Part shown: positions 48,051 to 62,173 of the stretch, in pieces | How the letters are laid out: every line of letters begins with the position of its first letter | Numbering within the stretch: the stretch's first letter is position 1 | From: Azolla caroliniana | Taxonomy: Eukaryota; Plantae; Polypodiophyta | Assembly (NCBI GenBank): GCA_043228905.1 | Contig: JBHGNT010000015.1 | Coordinates: 12,090,001-12,154,000 of the forward strand | Direction: 5' to 3' | Length of the DNA stretch: 64,000 nt | Notes under the pieces: model-generated | Databases searched by the model: none | What the model saw: only the letters and a program-made list of their open reading frames with translations | Told to the model about the DNA's origin: nothing | Position numbers and translations under genes: made by a program

Positions 48051-51000
48051 ACAAAAGAGTCTTTCTATTCAATAGAAACAACAATACAACCAACCTTACA
48101 AAAAGGTTACAAGGTCACTATATATAGTGACCGACTTAGGGCAACTACCATTTATGCTAATTACACAAATGGCCCAAACTTGATCTATACAAAGGGATAG
48201 TGTGAATACATCCATTATACACTTGTATTCGACACTCCCCCGTAATGGGCGTATACATGGGTTATCTAAGATTACAGGTATAAACCTAGGTTCTCCGACA
48301 TATCCGTTTTGTTCGAGTCGGCAGGGTCCGAAGGCAGAAGACCGGACTGGTCGGGTCGGAAGAGTTGAAGCCGATCGTTAAGGAACTGATGTCGGTTGTC
48401 GGAAACCATCCTGCGCTGTGTCCGGCTCTAACCGGACTGGTTTGTCGTTACGCCCATCTGATGCCGAAGGGACCGAAAGCGGTCTGCCGAAAGACACTTG
48501 GTCATTCCATCTGCGACATTGTCGGTTGTGGATATTTTCTCTAGACCGATTTTCCCTGAAATGACGCAGTCCCGAACGAAGTGATATCGAACGTCGATAT
48601 GTTTGGAGGCGTTGTGGTGAACCGGATTTCTCGACAAGGCAACAGCACCTTGACTGTCGCTATAGACAACTGGAGCCGAGTCATGGTCGACTTGCCGAAA
48701 CGTGTGCGCCAGCCGGCCGAGCCACAAAGCTTCTTTCGCAGCGTCGGACGCAGCTACATATTCTGCTTCGGTCGTTGAGGTCGCTGTGCACTCCTGAAGT
48801 TTCGACTTCCACGAAATTGCTCCATTGCCGAATTTGAAGCAGTATCCGGTTGTTGATTTCCGACTGTCTATACAGCCGGCGAAGTCCGAGTCGGTGTAAC
48901 CGACTACGCCTGAGGTTGAGTTCGGACCGAAAAGAATGCCGTGATCTTTTGTGCCAGCCAGATATTTGAACACATGCTTGACTGCGTTCCAATGCGATCG
49001 GCTAGGATTGTGCATAAATCTGCTAACGACTCCTACGGCATGAGAGATATCAGGCCGTGTCGCGACCATCAGGTACATAAGGGAGCCGACTGCCGGTGCA
49101 TACGGTACCGACTTCATATCTTCCCCCTCCGGACCGGATGTCGGGCAGTCTCGCTGAGAGAGCCGAAGATTCATGGGGAGCAGGGTTGAAGCAGATTTGG
49201 CTGATTGCATGTTGAAGCGTTCCAAGACACATCCGATATAGTCGGTCTGAGACAAAAAAAGATGTCGTTTGTCGCGATGCCGACTAATCTTCATGCCGAG
49301 TATGTGTCGTGCCGGACCGAGGTCCTTCATGGCAAACTTCAACCGCAGTTGCCGAATGAGATCGGCAAGTTCGCCCGCATGGCGTCCAGAAATTAGCATG
49401 TCGTCCACGTAAATGATGAGGAAGATGGGTGATCCATCTTGAGCTGTGTTGGTAAAAAGACAATGGTCCTCATCGCTTTTTGAGAAGCCGATCGATTGGA
49501 TGAAGTCGTCGAACTTCTTGTACCATTGTCGCGGTGCCTGTTTGAGGCCGTATAGACTCTTCCTGAGTCGGCAGACTAGATGTTCTTGGCCAGTTGCCAC
49601 GAAGCCTTTTGGCTGTTCCATATAAATTTCCTCTTCAAGATCACCATGGAGGAAGGCTGTTTTGACATCTAGCTGAATCAGCTCCAAGTTGTCGGCTGCC
49701 ACGACGCCGAGTAGAAAACGAAGGGTTGTCATTTTCACCACTGGTGAAAAAATCTCGTCGAAGTCGACGCCATATTCTTGTCGGAAGCCCTTCGCAACTA
49801 ATCTGGCCTTGTACTTGGGGGTGGTCGAATCAGACGTCTCTTTTAGTCGATAAACCCACTTGCAAGGAAGAGCACGTCGATTCTTAGGTAGTTCGACCAG
49901 ATCCCAAGTCTTGTTTGCCCGAATGGAGTGCATTTCCGACTCCATCGCCAGATGCCAGGTGGCTGAATCGACAGATGTCGATGCTTCTTCGTAAGACGTC
50001 GGTTCGCCGGCGTCGGTGAAGAAAATTCCAGGAGAATACCTCTCCGGAGGTTGCGACAGTCTCTCGGATCGTCGAGGTATGATTGGACTGGTCGCATCGG
50101 GTATCGAGGTCGGATGGTCCGAAAGCGAATTATTCTACTGTGCCGAGTCAGAGTTGTCCGAGTCGGTGGTGTATGGTTCAGCTACCCGTGAAGCTGACCG
50201 TGTGTTAAGAGCGGGGCCTTCTTGAAGGGTCGGCACATCGGAAAATGTTACCCTTCGGACTTCGATCGGTTTTTCGACTGATGGATTCATAGCCGACTCG
50301 TTGAACACAACGTCCGAACTTCGAACGATTTGTCTGCGTTCGGGGTCCCAGAGTCGGTATCCCATTTCGCCGTCTGATCCATATCCAAGGAAAATGCATT
50401 TCCTGGACCGAGGTGCAAGTTTTCAGCGATCATCTTTCGGAATAAGGGCGTATGCCTCGCATCCGAAGATCCTCAGCTTGTCGTAATTCGGCTTACTGCC
50501 GATCCATAGTTCCTGAGGAATTTGAAGTCCTAGAGGTCTACTTGGCGACATATTGATTATGTGTACTGCCGTGAGTAGAGCCTCTGCCCAGAAGCCATCC
50601 GACAGTCCGGAGTGTTGGAGCATGGAAACTATCCGTTCTTGGATTGTCCGATTCATTCGTTCTGCAATCCCGTTTTGCTCCGGACTGTGTGGTGCCGTAA
50701 ATTCACGTCGGATGCCGCGTTGTCGGCAGAATTTGACGAATTCTTCTGATTTGAACTCTCCCCCATTGTCGGTCCGAAAGCATTTCAGTTTTCGGTCAGT
50801 TTGATTTTCTACCATAGCGAGCCAATCGGAGAAGATCGAGAAGACACGATCTTTGGTGCGAATTGGATAAGCCCACACCTTTCGAGTCGAATCGTCAATA
50901 AAACTGACGAAGTAAGAGGCACCGCCTAGAGACTGATGCGGCATTGGGCCACAGACGTCCGAGTGGACTAAATCGAGAGGTCTCGTTTCTCTTGGTGCTG

Positions 51001-51855
51001 ATGTCGGGTGTGATGCGGCTGCTTGTTTGCCATACTGGCAGTGTTCGCAGAATTGATGGTCCGAGAAGGAGAGTTTAGGGATGTATCCGGCTCTAGATAG
51101 GTGCGTAATGCCGGCCTTGCTGAGGTGTCCTAATCTTCTGTGCCATAGTGATGACACAGGAATATCCACCAAAAACAGGTTACCCTCTCTGAGCGTAACA
51201 TGTAACGGATACAGTGAGTGTATCTTGGGTCCTCTAGCAAGCAGGAGGTTCCCCCTGTGGAGTGTCCACCCTCCCGAAGAGAAACCGGCACGAATGCCGT
51301 CCTCATCTAGTTGTCCGACTGAGATCAATGGCCTTGAGAGCTCGGGTACATGTCGGACATTGTGAAGTACAAGTGTAGAGCCACCTGCAAGGTTGAGCTC
51401 TACTGTGCCGATTCCAATGATGTCACAGTGTTGCGAGTTGCCGACTCGAACTGAGTCGGAGTGACGGACCGTATATTGCCGAAATTGGGATCGATGAGGA
51501 GTCACGTGAAATGACGCGCCCGAATCTAAGAGCCATGTGCTCGATTCTTCAGTCGTGAGCAGAACTTCTGATCCGACTGGATTTTCGATTCATAGTATAT
51601 TCGGGTCGTTTGGTAGCACATCAGCTGAGAAGCTGACGTAATTGATCTCCTCATGCCGGCCACTCTTCTTGTCTGATTTCTGAGACTTGTTGTTCTTGTT
51701 CTTGAGTGCGCGGCAGTCGGCTTTGATGTGTCCGGGTTTCTTGCAATAGTTGCAGATTCGATTATCCCGTGACTGGCTCCGTCTTCGCTGATTGTTCGGC
51801 TGCCGTGAGGAATCTCTTCCTCGTATGTTCGATCGGTCTGTCGAACCTTGTACTA
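47931..51855 (-). mobile_element. Copia element of the same family as 13994-19414: 3' LTR 47931-48234 and pol with premature stops, interrupted in gag
   Basis: ORFs 48428-49945, 50135-50365, 50423-51505 and 51590-51871 are nearly identical in protein to the intact polyprotein. PPT at 48235-48241. Confidence 0.93.
48428..51855 (-). pseudogene. Copia gag-pol pseudogene
   Basis: Stops at ~50135 (CAG>TAG), ~50423 (CGA>TGA) and ~51590 break an otherwise conserved frame. Confidence 0.9.
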
Positions 51856-52812
51856 TGTAATGGGTGAACATGGAGGGTAGTGTCCATCCATAGCTAGTGT
51901 ACTCAAGATAAAAACCACGTATCTACCAACATTTCAAAGTCTCTCTACATAAGGAAATGGAAAGTGTAGGTGATGTTATGCAGGGGGAGTGGATTGTGTG
52001 TGTGAGTGTACGTAAGACAAGCACAAAGAGAGAGAGAGAGAGAGCTTGGAACAGAAAGCTATATTAGTGAAAGATAAAATTACATCCAACAGTAACTAAG
52101 TTACAAAAGGTTGGTTTAAATACCAACTAATCTAGGGCAACTGCCCTTTCTACTATTTACAAAATTAGCCTATTATGTCCATTGGCTAGTGTGAAAGCCA
52201 TTTGAGGAAGTTGAGTTCAATTCTCAACACGCCCCTTCGAACACAACTTTTGAACGCCGAAAAATTGATTCGGTTCAATCTTCGAAACATTTCGATTCGG
52301 CTAAATCGACTTCGACTTTCAAATTCGGTTGTTCGCCTTAGTTATTCAAAACGATGTCGATTGTTCAATTGCTTCGTGCTCCCTGTTCACCTCGACTGTC
52401 ATCATCATACTTTGACTCCTTTGGTCGGTTTCGATCGACTGATTGGGTATTATTCGGCCATGGCGGTGCTTCTATTCGGTACTCCCCCTCAAGCTCAGCA
52501 ATGCAGATATCGTGAGACTAAGGTCCAATGTAAATTGTGCGAGCTTGTCAACTCCTGAGGCTTTTGTGAAGATGTCGGCAACCTGAAGGTTTGTGTTGAT
52601 GTGTTGTATGTCGACATCTCCAACTTGAATGCGCTCTCAGATGAAGTGATATTGTAGTTCAATGTCCTTAGTTCCCGCGTGGAACACTGGGTTCCGAGCC
52701 AGGTAGATATTGCTCATGTTGTCACAGTATAGGAGAATCGGATCCTTGATAGGAACGCCCAGATCCTTCAATATACGCTTCAGCCACACGGCTTCGCATG
52801 CAGCAACGACCA
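51856..52812 (-). mobile_element. Copia 3' LTR (51856-52229) and RNase H end, related to 54884-59961
   Basis: tgtaatgg...ttctcaaca followed by cgcccctt (PPT). Minus strand gives ACEAVWLKRILKDLGVP...CDNMS...NPVFHA. Confidence 0.85.
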
Positions 52813-54488
52813 TGTTGCAAATATTGCTTAGCCACAACCGAGTCTCAAACACACGATGGAAGAAACAGACAAAAGAAACAGGTAGATTGATAAACACTTA
52901 CACTCGAGAGGCAAAACCACGGGAGTTCACTAACTCCAAACCAAATCACTATATGCAAGAGGGAGATACAATGTGAGACTCATAGGCACCGACCTCGAGC
53001 TCTGTGAACTCGCTAACAAGCGGTTACAACAGAAAGTTACTTTCTGTTCTTTTTCCTCTCTCTCTCTCTCTCTTCTCACTTTGTACAACAACAATACTCA
53101 ACTAGAATGATCATCATACATCTAGTTGCCATAGTTATATTTATACTCATATAACTTTTCAAGCTATTTACAAGTATAGCCTCAATGGCACATAGAACAT
53201 ATTTATCAATATGTCCCTTCTCATGGTTCATGTCAGATCTAGTTGGACTCCTTTCGGGTCCATCCGGTTCGGTTTTCGGATATCCTTCCGAATCCATCCG
53301 ATCCATCTTCTTGCTTGAGCTCATCCGGTTCCCATCTGGAGGGACCGGTTTCTCAACAAACTCCCCTTCACTCCGGCATGGAATGTCTTGCCAATCCGAT
53401 CTGTCTTCAGCACGCGTCCAGCTTGTCAGTTGATAGCACCTTGGTCAACAAATCCAACCCGTTCTCCTCCATGTGGATCTTCACCAGAGTGAAGTCTTGG
53501 TCTTCTACTCTCTCCTGAAGCCAATGATATATGCATTGCATGTGCTTCATCATGGAGTGGTAGGTTGCGTTCTTTGCAAGGTGGATGGTGCTTTGACTAT
53601 CGTAGTAGAGCCGATATTCCTCCAGTCGGATCCCTAGCTCTCTGATGAAGTCCCTCATCCAGATTACTTCCTTGTCGGCTTTCATGACTGCCATGTACTC
53701 CACTTCCATTGTTGACAGTGCAACAGACTTCTGCAACCTCGACTGCCATGATATGGCTCCCCTGCATATGTCATGACGTATCCGGATGTAGATCGGCTGG
53801 TATATGCATCAGCCAACATGTCTGAAAGTGGGTGAATCCTTCAAGTTGGGGTTTACCTGAGCCGAATAGGAGGCACAAGCTCGAGGTACCGGAGTATCCA
53901 CTTGACGACGGCCCAGCGTTCTCTTCCCGAATTGCTCATGAACTGGCTGACCACTCCGACTGCATATCAGATGTCCGGTCCTGTACACACCATTGCATAC
54001 ATGAGGCTTCTGATTGCAGAGGCATACGATATCTTCATCATTTCCGACTTCTTTGCCTTTGCCTTTGGGTTTTGTTTTCCGGACAACTTGCAATTTGCCG
54101 AAAGTGTCAACCCGACCGGCTTAGCATCTGACATGCCGAACCTTTGAAGCACCCTTGTCACATACTTCTCCTGTGATAGCCATAATAGCTTCTTCATCCA
54201 GTCCCGGATTATGTGCATCCCCAAAATCTATTTTGTTGAACCCATATCTTTCATTGCGAATGACTGATTCAAGGCCTTCTTTAGCATCCCGATTATGATA
54301 CGATCCCTTCTGATGATCAACATGTCGTCCATGTACAACAGTAGTATCAAGAAGTATCCTTCGTTGAACTTCTTAACGAATATGCAGTGGTCGGCCTACG
54401 TCGTGTGGTATACGTGATCGGTCATGAAGGAGTCGAACTTCCTGTACCATTGCCGAGGGGCTTGCTTCAGTCCGTACAGGCTCTTCCT
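52813..54488 (-). mobile_element. Copia 3' LTR (52813-53358) and degenerate RH/RT
   Basis: tgttgcaa...tctcaaca followed by aactcccct. Minus strand gives QKSVALSTMEVEY and YASAIRSLMYAMVCTGPDI. Confidence 0.85.
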
Positions 54489-54883
54489 TGTTGGGAACGC
54501 AGCCGTCTAGTGCGGGACAAATCAACACTCTTCAAAAGAGAAGATCATAAATAGATACAAGCAAGGTAGATTGATGGCAACAGAAACAGAGAACGATAAT
54601 CAACTATAATGCAATAGAGAGACCTTAGGCACAAGATGAACTATATTTTCAACCAACACAAAACTAGGTTACAAAGTCAGTTTATATACTGACCAACTTA
54701 GGGCAACTGCCCTTCTCACTATCTACATAAATATCCTAAACCTAGTGTGTACAAAAGGAGACAATGTGAATATGTCAATTAGGGACTCGCATTCAACACT
54801 CCCCCGTAATGGGCGTATACATCAAAAATTTGTAAATCGAAATAAATGTACAATACAAATTGATACAAAGTTTTCGAATTAAT

Positions 54884-57800
54884 TGTTGAGAGTCGAACTC
54901 AACTTCCCATAGAGATAGGTTTCACACTAGCTCATGGACACACTAGGCTAGTCTTGTAAATAGTAGAAAGGGCACTTGCCCTAGCTTAGTTGGTATTTAA
55001 ACCAACCTTTTGTAATCTAGTCACTGTTGTATGTAATATACAATTCTCTTGTTGAAGAGCTCTCCCTCTCACTCGCTCTCTCTACTCTCTCTGTTTGTCT
55101 TATGTGCTAATACACATACACAAACACAATCCTTCCGCTACACACAATCACTCTCCTTTCTTTACATGGTATCTGAGCGCGTGATAGCTTGATCTAAGCC
55201 CATTGCCTTATGTGTGTTGTGTTTCAAGCTCACGCTCACAAAGAGCAGGCTAATTACTACAAAACAATCTGCACAGACCGTAGAAACAGAGAAGAAGAAA
55301 TCATCATGAACACTCAAATGGGAAGCGCTCTTCCTATGAAAAAGCTCGACAGGACAAACTTTGCATCTTGGGAGTAAAAGATGCATCAGTACCTTATCGG
55401 ACAAGGATAATGGAGCTATATTGAAGGAGCTCACAAAACTCAGCCCAACCCAACACACGCCGACTCTCCTGTTTGGGAGTAGGCCGCTAGCTGTGTGTTG
55501 TATTGCCTTGCATCATGCGTACATAATCACATGCTCGGCTATATTCGAGAGGTGAAAACGCCGAAAGAAGGTTGGGGCAACCTCAAGAAGATTTTCACGG
55601 CCAATACGGCTGCACAAAAGCGCCAACTTCGACAAGAGCTGAATAACTTGCAACAGAGGGACATGTCAATCATAAGCTACACCTTGAAGATCAAGGAGCT
55701 ATGTGATGCCCTCGGATTGATTAATGTCATCATCGATGATGACGAAATGGTGCAAATATGCTCAATGGCTTAGCACCTCGGTTTGGCTCGATTAAATCGG
55801 CCATCCTTGCGAGGGAGAACCCTCCCTCCTTTTTCGATCTCCAATCAATATTGTTGGTCGAGGAAAATCATACCCGACAAAGGAGCAGTGCAACTGATGG
55901 TCAGTTGCTCTACTCCCAGTCGGATGAAAGAAGAGGACACGGTCGTGGAATGAGACGCCGATTCGGCCAAGAATGACACAACCAAGAGCGTAATTCCCAC
56001 CAATGGCAAGCAGACAGAAATGGTCCTAGAGAGCTCGGCAAAAGGGGGATTCATCACGTTGGACCAAGCAATCATAACAGTCAAATCGAATGCGGTACTA
56101 CGGAAAACTTGGCCAGTATGAAGAGGAATGCCGAAAGAAGAAATGAAACTCCACTTCTAACAACCGACAAACTACGAACTGCGCTTCGAATTTCAACTTC
56201 GACAATCAGGGCGGAATGTTCAATGTCGGCACAGGCTTCAACTAGCACCTCTGCTTCAAACAATGTATGGTTTGTTGACTCGGGAGCGTCCAATCATATG
56301 ACGTTTGATGAAGATTGGTTCCGAGAATTACGAAAGCCCAAACAGCTCGGTTATGTTGAAACATGCGATGACACGACACACTCAATTTGGCATATCGGAA
56401 ACGTCCCACTTGGGAATGACGGCAAACAGACCTACCTCAAAAACATCTTCCATGTCCCAACAATCACGAAGAACCTGATCTCAGTAGGTTAGATTGTCGA
56501 ACAAGGAATGCAAGTGTGATTTCATCGAAAAGGAAGGTGAACTTATTGCTCACAGTCGCCGTGAAGGCCATATGTTCATCCTCAAATCAAACGAGGTTAA
56601 TTCAGCCATGTTTGCGAAGGGCCTCAAAGTCAAAATTGACTTAAACTTGTGGCACAAAAGAATTGGTCACATCAATCTCAAGAAGCTCTAGAACATGCAA
56701 GTGAAAGGAATCATAATTGGACTCCCGAAATTTACCACGAAGGAGATTACGGGCGTATGCGAGGCGTGTCAGTTCAAAAAGCAACACTGACATCCATTCT
56801 TGTAAGAGCGGAATGTGAGCAAAGGGATCCTGAATGTAGTACATTCAGATGTGTGGGGTCCAGCCCAGACGGAAACATTCGGAGGTTGCCGACATTATGT
56901 TACATTCATCGACGACTTCTCCAGGCATACCTGGATCTACCCAATGAGACAGAAAAGTGAAGTGTTCAGACACTTCTAGAGGTTCAAAAATGAAGTCGAA
57001 AAATTTACGGGTCAGCACATACGATGCCTTCGATCGGATGGAGGCAAGGAAATCTTCTCGGATGAATTTACGGCGTATCTCCAACAAGAAGGAATTCGAC
57101 AAGAATTCTCACGCCGAGCGGAAAAATTGGCACATAGTAGAGGTTGCATGTGCAATGATGAACGAGAAGAGCCTTCCAAAATCGTACTAGGCAGAAGCGG
57201 CAAACACGGCCGTTTATCTCATGAACAGGTGCACGACCTTGGGGGTACACGACGTAACCCCACATGAGAACTTTTTTGGAAAGAAGCCGGACTTATCACA
57301 TGTCCGTATTTTTGGGTCCATCGCGTACACACATATTCTCGACGAGATTTGACAAAAGCTTGACCCGAAGTCGGAGAAATGTATCCTCGTAGGATACTCA
57401 CTGGAGCAAAAGGGGTACAAGTGCTATAACCCCTCGACTCGGAAAGTTCGAGTAAGTCGAGATGTCGTTTTTGATGAGTATGCATCTTGGTACGCACCAG
57501 AGACAACCTCGACTCTGAGTCCGCTCAACCCGGAATCCGCCGAAATAGAGATAGAAGTTGAAGATCGATTCATGCACATGTTCGAAGAAAGCCCGATTAT
57601 GACAAGGGTTAGTGAGCCACAAGAACCTCTGAGCAATCAAAGCACATCTCAACTAAGTCCGAAGTTGGACAAAGGGAAGGTGAAAATGCAGGAGTATGAA
57701 GACTATCACTTCGACGGCAACGAATCGACTCACTCCCTCGATAGTGAGTTCGAAGGCATTGACATCTGGACAAATGGAGCAAAGAAAGCATTAGTCTCTG

Positions 57801-59961
57801 CGAATGAGAAGCTATGCCAGTCCACCCGTGAAAAGAACCTCATAAACTGGTACGACTACGATGAGTACATGGCGTATCATTACTCATTTATGATGAAGGT
57901 CGCAATTGTCCGAGAGTCGAAAACATTTTCCAAAGCCGTAAAGGATCTGCGATGGGTCGATGAGATGAATGAAGAAATGCTGGCCTTATGCAAAAACGAG
58001 ACATGGGATCTTGTCTCCCACTCATCGCATAAGAAGGCAATGGTTGTAGATGGATTTACATGGTGAAGTATAATGTTGACGGATCTTTAAACCGCTACAA
58101 ATCTCGACTCGTAGCAAAAGGATACGCACAGACACATGGAGTCTACTACAAAGAGACATTTGCCCCGGTGGCAAAGATGACGACTGTGCGAACTGTGATC
58201 GCACTCGCAGCAGCAAAAGGGTGGCACCTCCACCAGATGGACATCAAGAACGTCTTTCTTCAAGGCGAAATAGAAGAGGAGGTGTACATGGTACAACCAC
58301 CCGGCTTCAAATCGTGCATTCATCCAAAAGTCGTATGCCAATTCAAGAAGCCACTCAATGGCCTTAAGCAAGCACCACGTGCTTGGCATTTGAAGATCAC
58401 TCAATATCTTCATCAAATTGAATTTCGAATGTCAAAATTGGACAACTCATTGTACATCCGAAACAAGTCGTACAACCCGATTGTCATCATCCTTTATGTG
58501 AATGATCTAGTGATCGAAGGAAAGGATCTCACCAAGATTAATAAGGTAAAATCATCTCTATCCGGCAGATTCGAAATGAAAGATATGCACGAGCTCTATT
58601 ACTTACTTGGCATCGAAGTAATTCGGACACCAACTGGAATACTGATCTCTCAACGGCACTACATTCTCAACTTACTCTACAAGTTCGGAATGACCATGTG
58701 CAAACCTGTGTCTACTCCTCTTGACCGTAATCTCAAGTTTGATGTCGATTCCGGCACAACCGAGTGCGAGCCAACTCAATATCGCCAGTTGATTGGCAAC
58801 CTCATCTACCTAACCATCACACGACCTAACCTCAGTTATTCTGTCGGCCTCCTTAGCCAATTCATGCAGAACCCACGAAATCTCCATCTCGATTGCCCTA
58901 GGAGGATACTTTGGTACGTAAGTGGTACGATGGATTACAACATTATATACAAGTCGAATACGCTTATTCGACTCGAAGGGTACACAAACGCGGACTAGGC
59001 CGGATATAAGGACGATAGACGATCGGCATCCGGATTTGTCTTCTCCCTCGCCAGCGGAGCGATCTCTTGGAGCAGCAAGAAGCAATCGACAGTCGCACTA
59101 TCGAACACGGAGACTGAATACAGGGGCACAGCAGTCGCCGCTTGCGAAGCCATATGGTTGAAGCGCGTACTGAAGGATTTGGGCATACCCATCAAAGATT
59201 TGATTTGTGTATACTACGACAATATGAGTAGTATCTACCTGGCTCGCAACCTTGTATTTCACATGCAGACTAAACACATCGAAGTGCACTACCACTTCAT
59301 TTGTGAGTGCATTCAAGATGGCAAAATCGATCTACAACACATTAGTACAAACCTTCAAGTTGTTGACATCTTTACAAAGGCCTTAGGTGTCGACAAGCTC
59401 GGGCAATTCGCATTTGACCTTGGTCTCACGATATCTACATTGCCGAGCTTGACGGGGAGTACAGCTAGCGACACGGATGCAAGCGATAAACAGTCAACAC
59501 GGAAGTAGCACGAAAGCAGTCGATAAGCAGTCGAGCCGAACAAGGAAGCCGAAAAGAAGAACAATCAAGTTTGAAGATTACGAAAGGCGGAAGCCAATTC
59601 ATTCGAATCAAAGTACTTTGAGGACCAAACCGAAACAATTTTTCGACAGATGGAAGTTGTGTTCGAAGGGGCGTGTTGAGAGTTGAACTCAACTTCCCAT
59701 AGAGATAGGTTTCACTCTAGCTCATGGACGCACCAGGCTAGTCTTGTAAATAGTAGAAAGGGCACTTGCCCTAACTTAGTTGGTATTTAAACCAACCTTT
59801 TGTAATCTAGTCACTGTTGGATGTAATATACAGTTCTCTTGTTGAAGAGCTCTCCCTCTCACTCGCTCTCTTTACTATCTTTGTTTGTCTTATGTGCTCA
59901 GCTCATACACATACACACACACAATCCTTCCACTACACACAATCACTCTCCTTTCTTTACA
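54884..59961 (+). mobile_element. Full-length but degenerate Copia element of a second lineage
   Basis: LTRs 54884-55166 and 59674-59961; TSD TTAAT at 54879-54883 and 59962-59966; PBS TGGTATCTGAGC. gag-pol at ~55318-59508 has many stops and retains WFVDSGAS, HSDVWGP and KHIEVHYHF. Confidence 0.93.
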
Positions 59962-60768
59962 TTAATCAAAATTTTGTTCAAGTCGGTGAACTGGCCAAGA
60001 TTGGGAAAACTAAGACCGAGCTTCAAGCTGTTGAAGTCGATTGTTCAAAAAACGTCCTGAGTGTCCGACTTAATCAGATTGATTGTTAGTTACGCCCATC
60101 TGGTGCCATAGGGATCGAATTGATCCGCCGAAAGACACTTGGTCATCCCATCTGCGACATTATCAGTTGTAGGTATCTTCTCGAGGCCGATTTTCCCGAA
60201 AATGACGTAGTCCCGAACAAAGTGATATCGAACGTCGATGTGCTTCGAGGCGTTGTGCTGAACTGGATTTTTTGATAGAGCGATAGCACCCTGACTATCG
60301 TTGTAGACAACTGGAGCCGAGCCATGTTCGGCTTGTTGAAACGTGCAAGTCATCCGATTGAGCCATAAGGCCTCTTTCGCCATGTCGGATGCAACTACAT
60401 ATTTGGCCTCGGTCGTTGATGTGGGAGTGCACCCCTGAAGTTTCGATTTCCATGAAATAGCTCCATTGCCAAATTTGAAGTAGTATCTGGTTGTTAACTT
60501 TCGACTATCCACGTAGCTGGCAAAGTCCGAGTCGGTGTATCCGACTATGCCTGAAGTGTCACTAAGATAACCGAAGGTTAATGGGGAGCGGGGTCGAAGC
60601 AGACTTGACCGATTGCATGTTGGAGCGTTCTAAGACACGTCTAATGTAGTCGAATTGGGATAGAAACAATTGTCTTCGATTTCGATTCCGACTGATCTTT
60701 ATGACGAAAATGTGTCTTGACGGGCCGAGGTCCTTCATGGAAAACTTCAACCGCAATTGTCGAACTAG

Positions 60769-61090
60769 TCAGCCATGAAGGTATCGCCATGGACCCGGAT
60801 AAAGTGCAAGCCATTCTGAACGCTCCCGCGCCCTCTACTGCGAAGGCCCTCAACTGATTCCTAGGCCAAATTAGATGACATAGCCAGATGTTACGACACC
60901 TGGCCGATTTCGCGACTCCATTGCACGCAGGTATGCATAGACTCCCATTTCAGTGGTCTTCAATAGAAGACGAGGCGTACCAATCCTTGAAGTTAATGCT
61001 CTCCCATGCCCCTGTTGTACAGCCACCAGTCTGGTCGGAACCTTTTCACGTCTTCATAGACGCATCAGATATAGCCATCGGCAGCTCGCT
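60769..61090 (+). pseudogene. Gypsy RT-thumb/RNase H fragment inserted in a Copia RT
   Basis: SHEGIAMDPDKVQAILNAPAP...FLGQI...FQWS...LSHAPVVQPPVWSEPFHVFIDASDIAIG. Confidence 0.85.
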
Positions 61091-61202
61091 TCGGCGAGCT
61101 CTCTAACATGCCGACCGGAGAGTAGCATCTCATCCACGTAGATGATGAGGAAGATGGGTGACCCATCTTGAGTTGTTTTTGTGAAGAGACAGTTGTCCCC
61201 AT

Positions 61203-61352
61203 TAGGGATCGGCAACGGCTTGGCTCAAGCCTAAACCGATTTTAAACGGCTTAACAACTCAACTTAGGTTTGAGCTTGACTAAACGGTTTGAGCTCAGTT
61301 CGGTTCAGCTTGAGCCTTACCAAACTGGCTCAAACCAGCTAAGCCATTTAAA

Positions 61353-61392
<40 letters not shown>

Positions 61393-61757
61393 ACGGAGCT
61401 TGTATATATAATGAATGAATATATGTATGGACATGTATGAATGTACATATGTGTATATATGTAATGTATTTATGTATGTATATTTTTGGGATATTTTCAT
61501 GTCTAGTATGTGTATGGATAGTATATAGATTTATGTTTTCAATATGTACGTAATATGCAGTCATATATCCGATGTGTGTGTATGTATGTACGTATATATG
61601 TGTAGCAATCTATGAATGAATATAATAATGTACGTATGTGTATATATGTAATGTATTTATGTATGTATATTTTTGGGATATTTTCATGTCTAGTATGTGT
61701 ATGGATTGTATATGGATTTATATTTTCAATATGTACGTAATATGCAATCATATATCC

Positions 61758-61793
<36 letters not shown>

Positions 61794-62141
61794 TGTATAT
61801 ATGTAAGTATTGTAGGTTGTATGGTTCCATATAACCTATATATATATATATTGCGATATGTGGAATATGTATGTACATATGTAATATATATATATGTAAT
61901 GTAGTGTATGTATGTGTATGTCAATTTGTATATTGTGTAATATGAATGGATTATATGATATGCAATATGTAATTTTTATGCATGTATGCATTTACATATT
62001 TGTATTTATGTATGTGTATGTACATATCTACATATGATAATATATATTCATGTTTAGTCAGTATGCATGTATAAATGGGTGTAATGTATGTATATACATA
62101 TTTATGGATGTAATGTTTAAATGTAGGTACATATATGCATG

Positions 62142-62173
<32 letters not shown>

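Larger units (their letters stand above)
54489..61202 (-). mobile_element. Copia element: 3' LTR 54489-54798, 3' UTR split by the 54884-59961 insertion, RH/RT at 60090-61200
   Basis: tgttggga...attcaaca followed by ctcccccg. Minus strand gives GAISWKSKLQ...KHIDVRYHF...ADGMTK. Confidence 0.82.
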
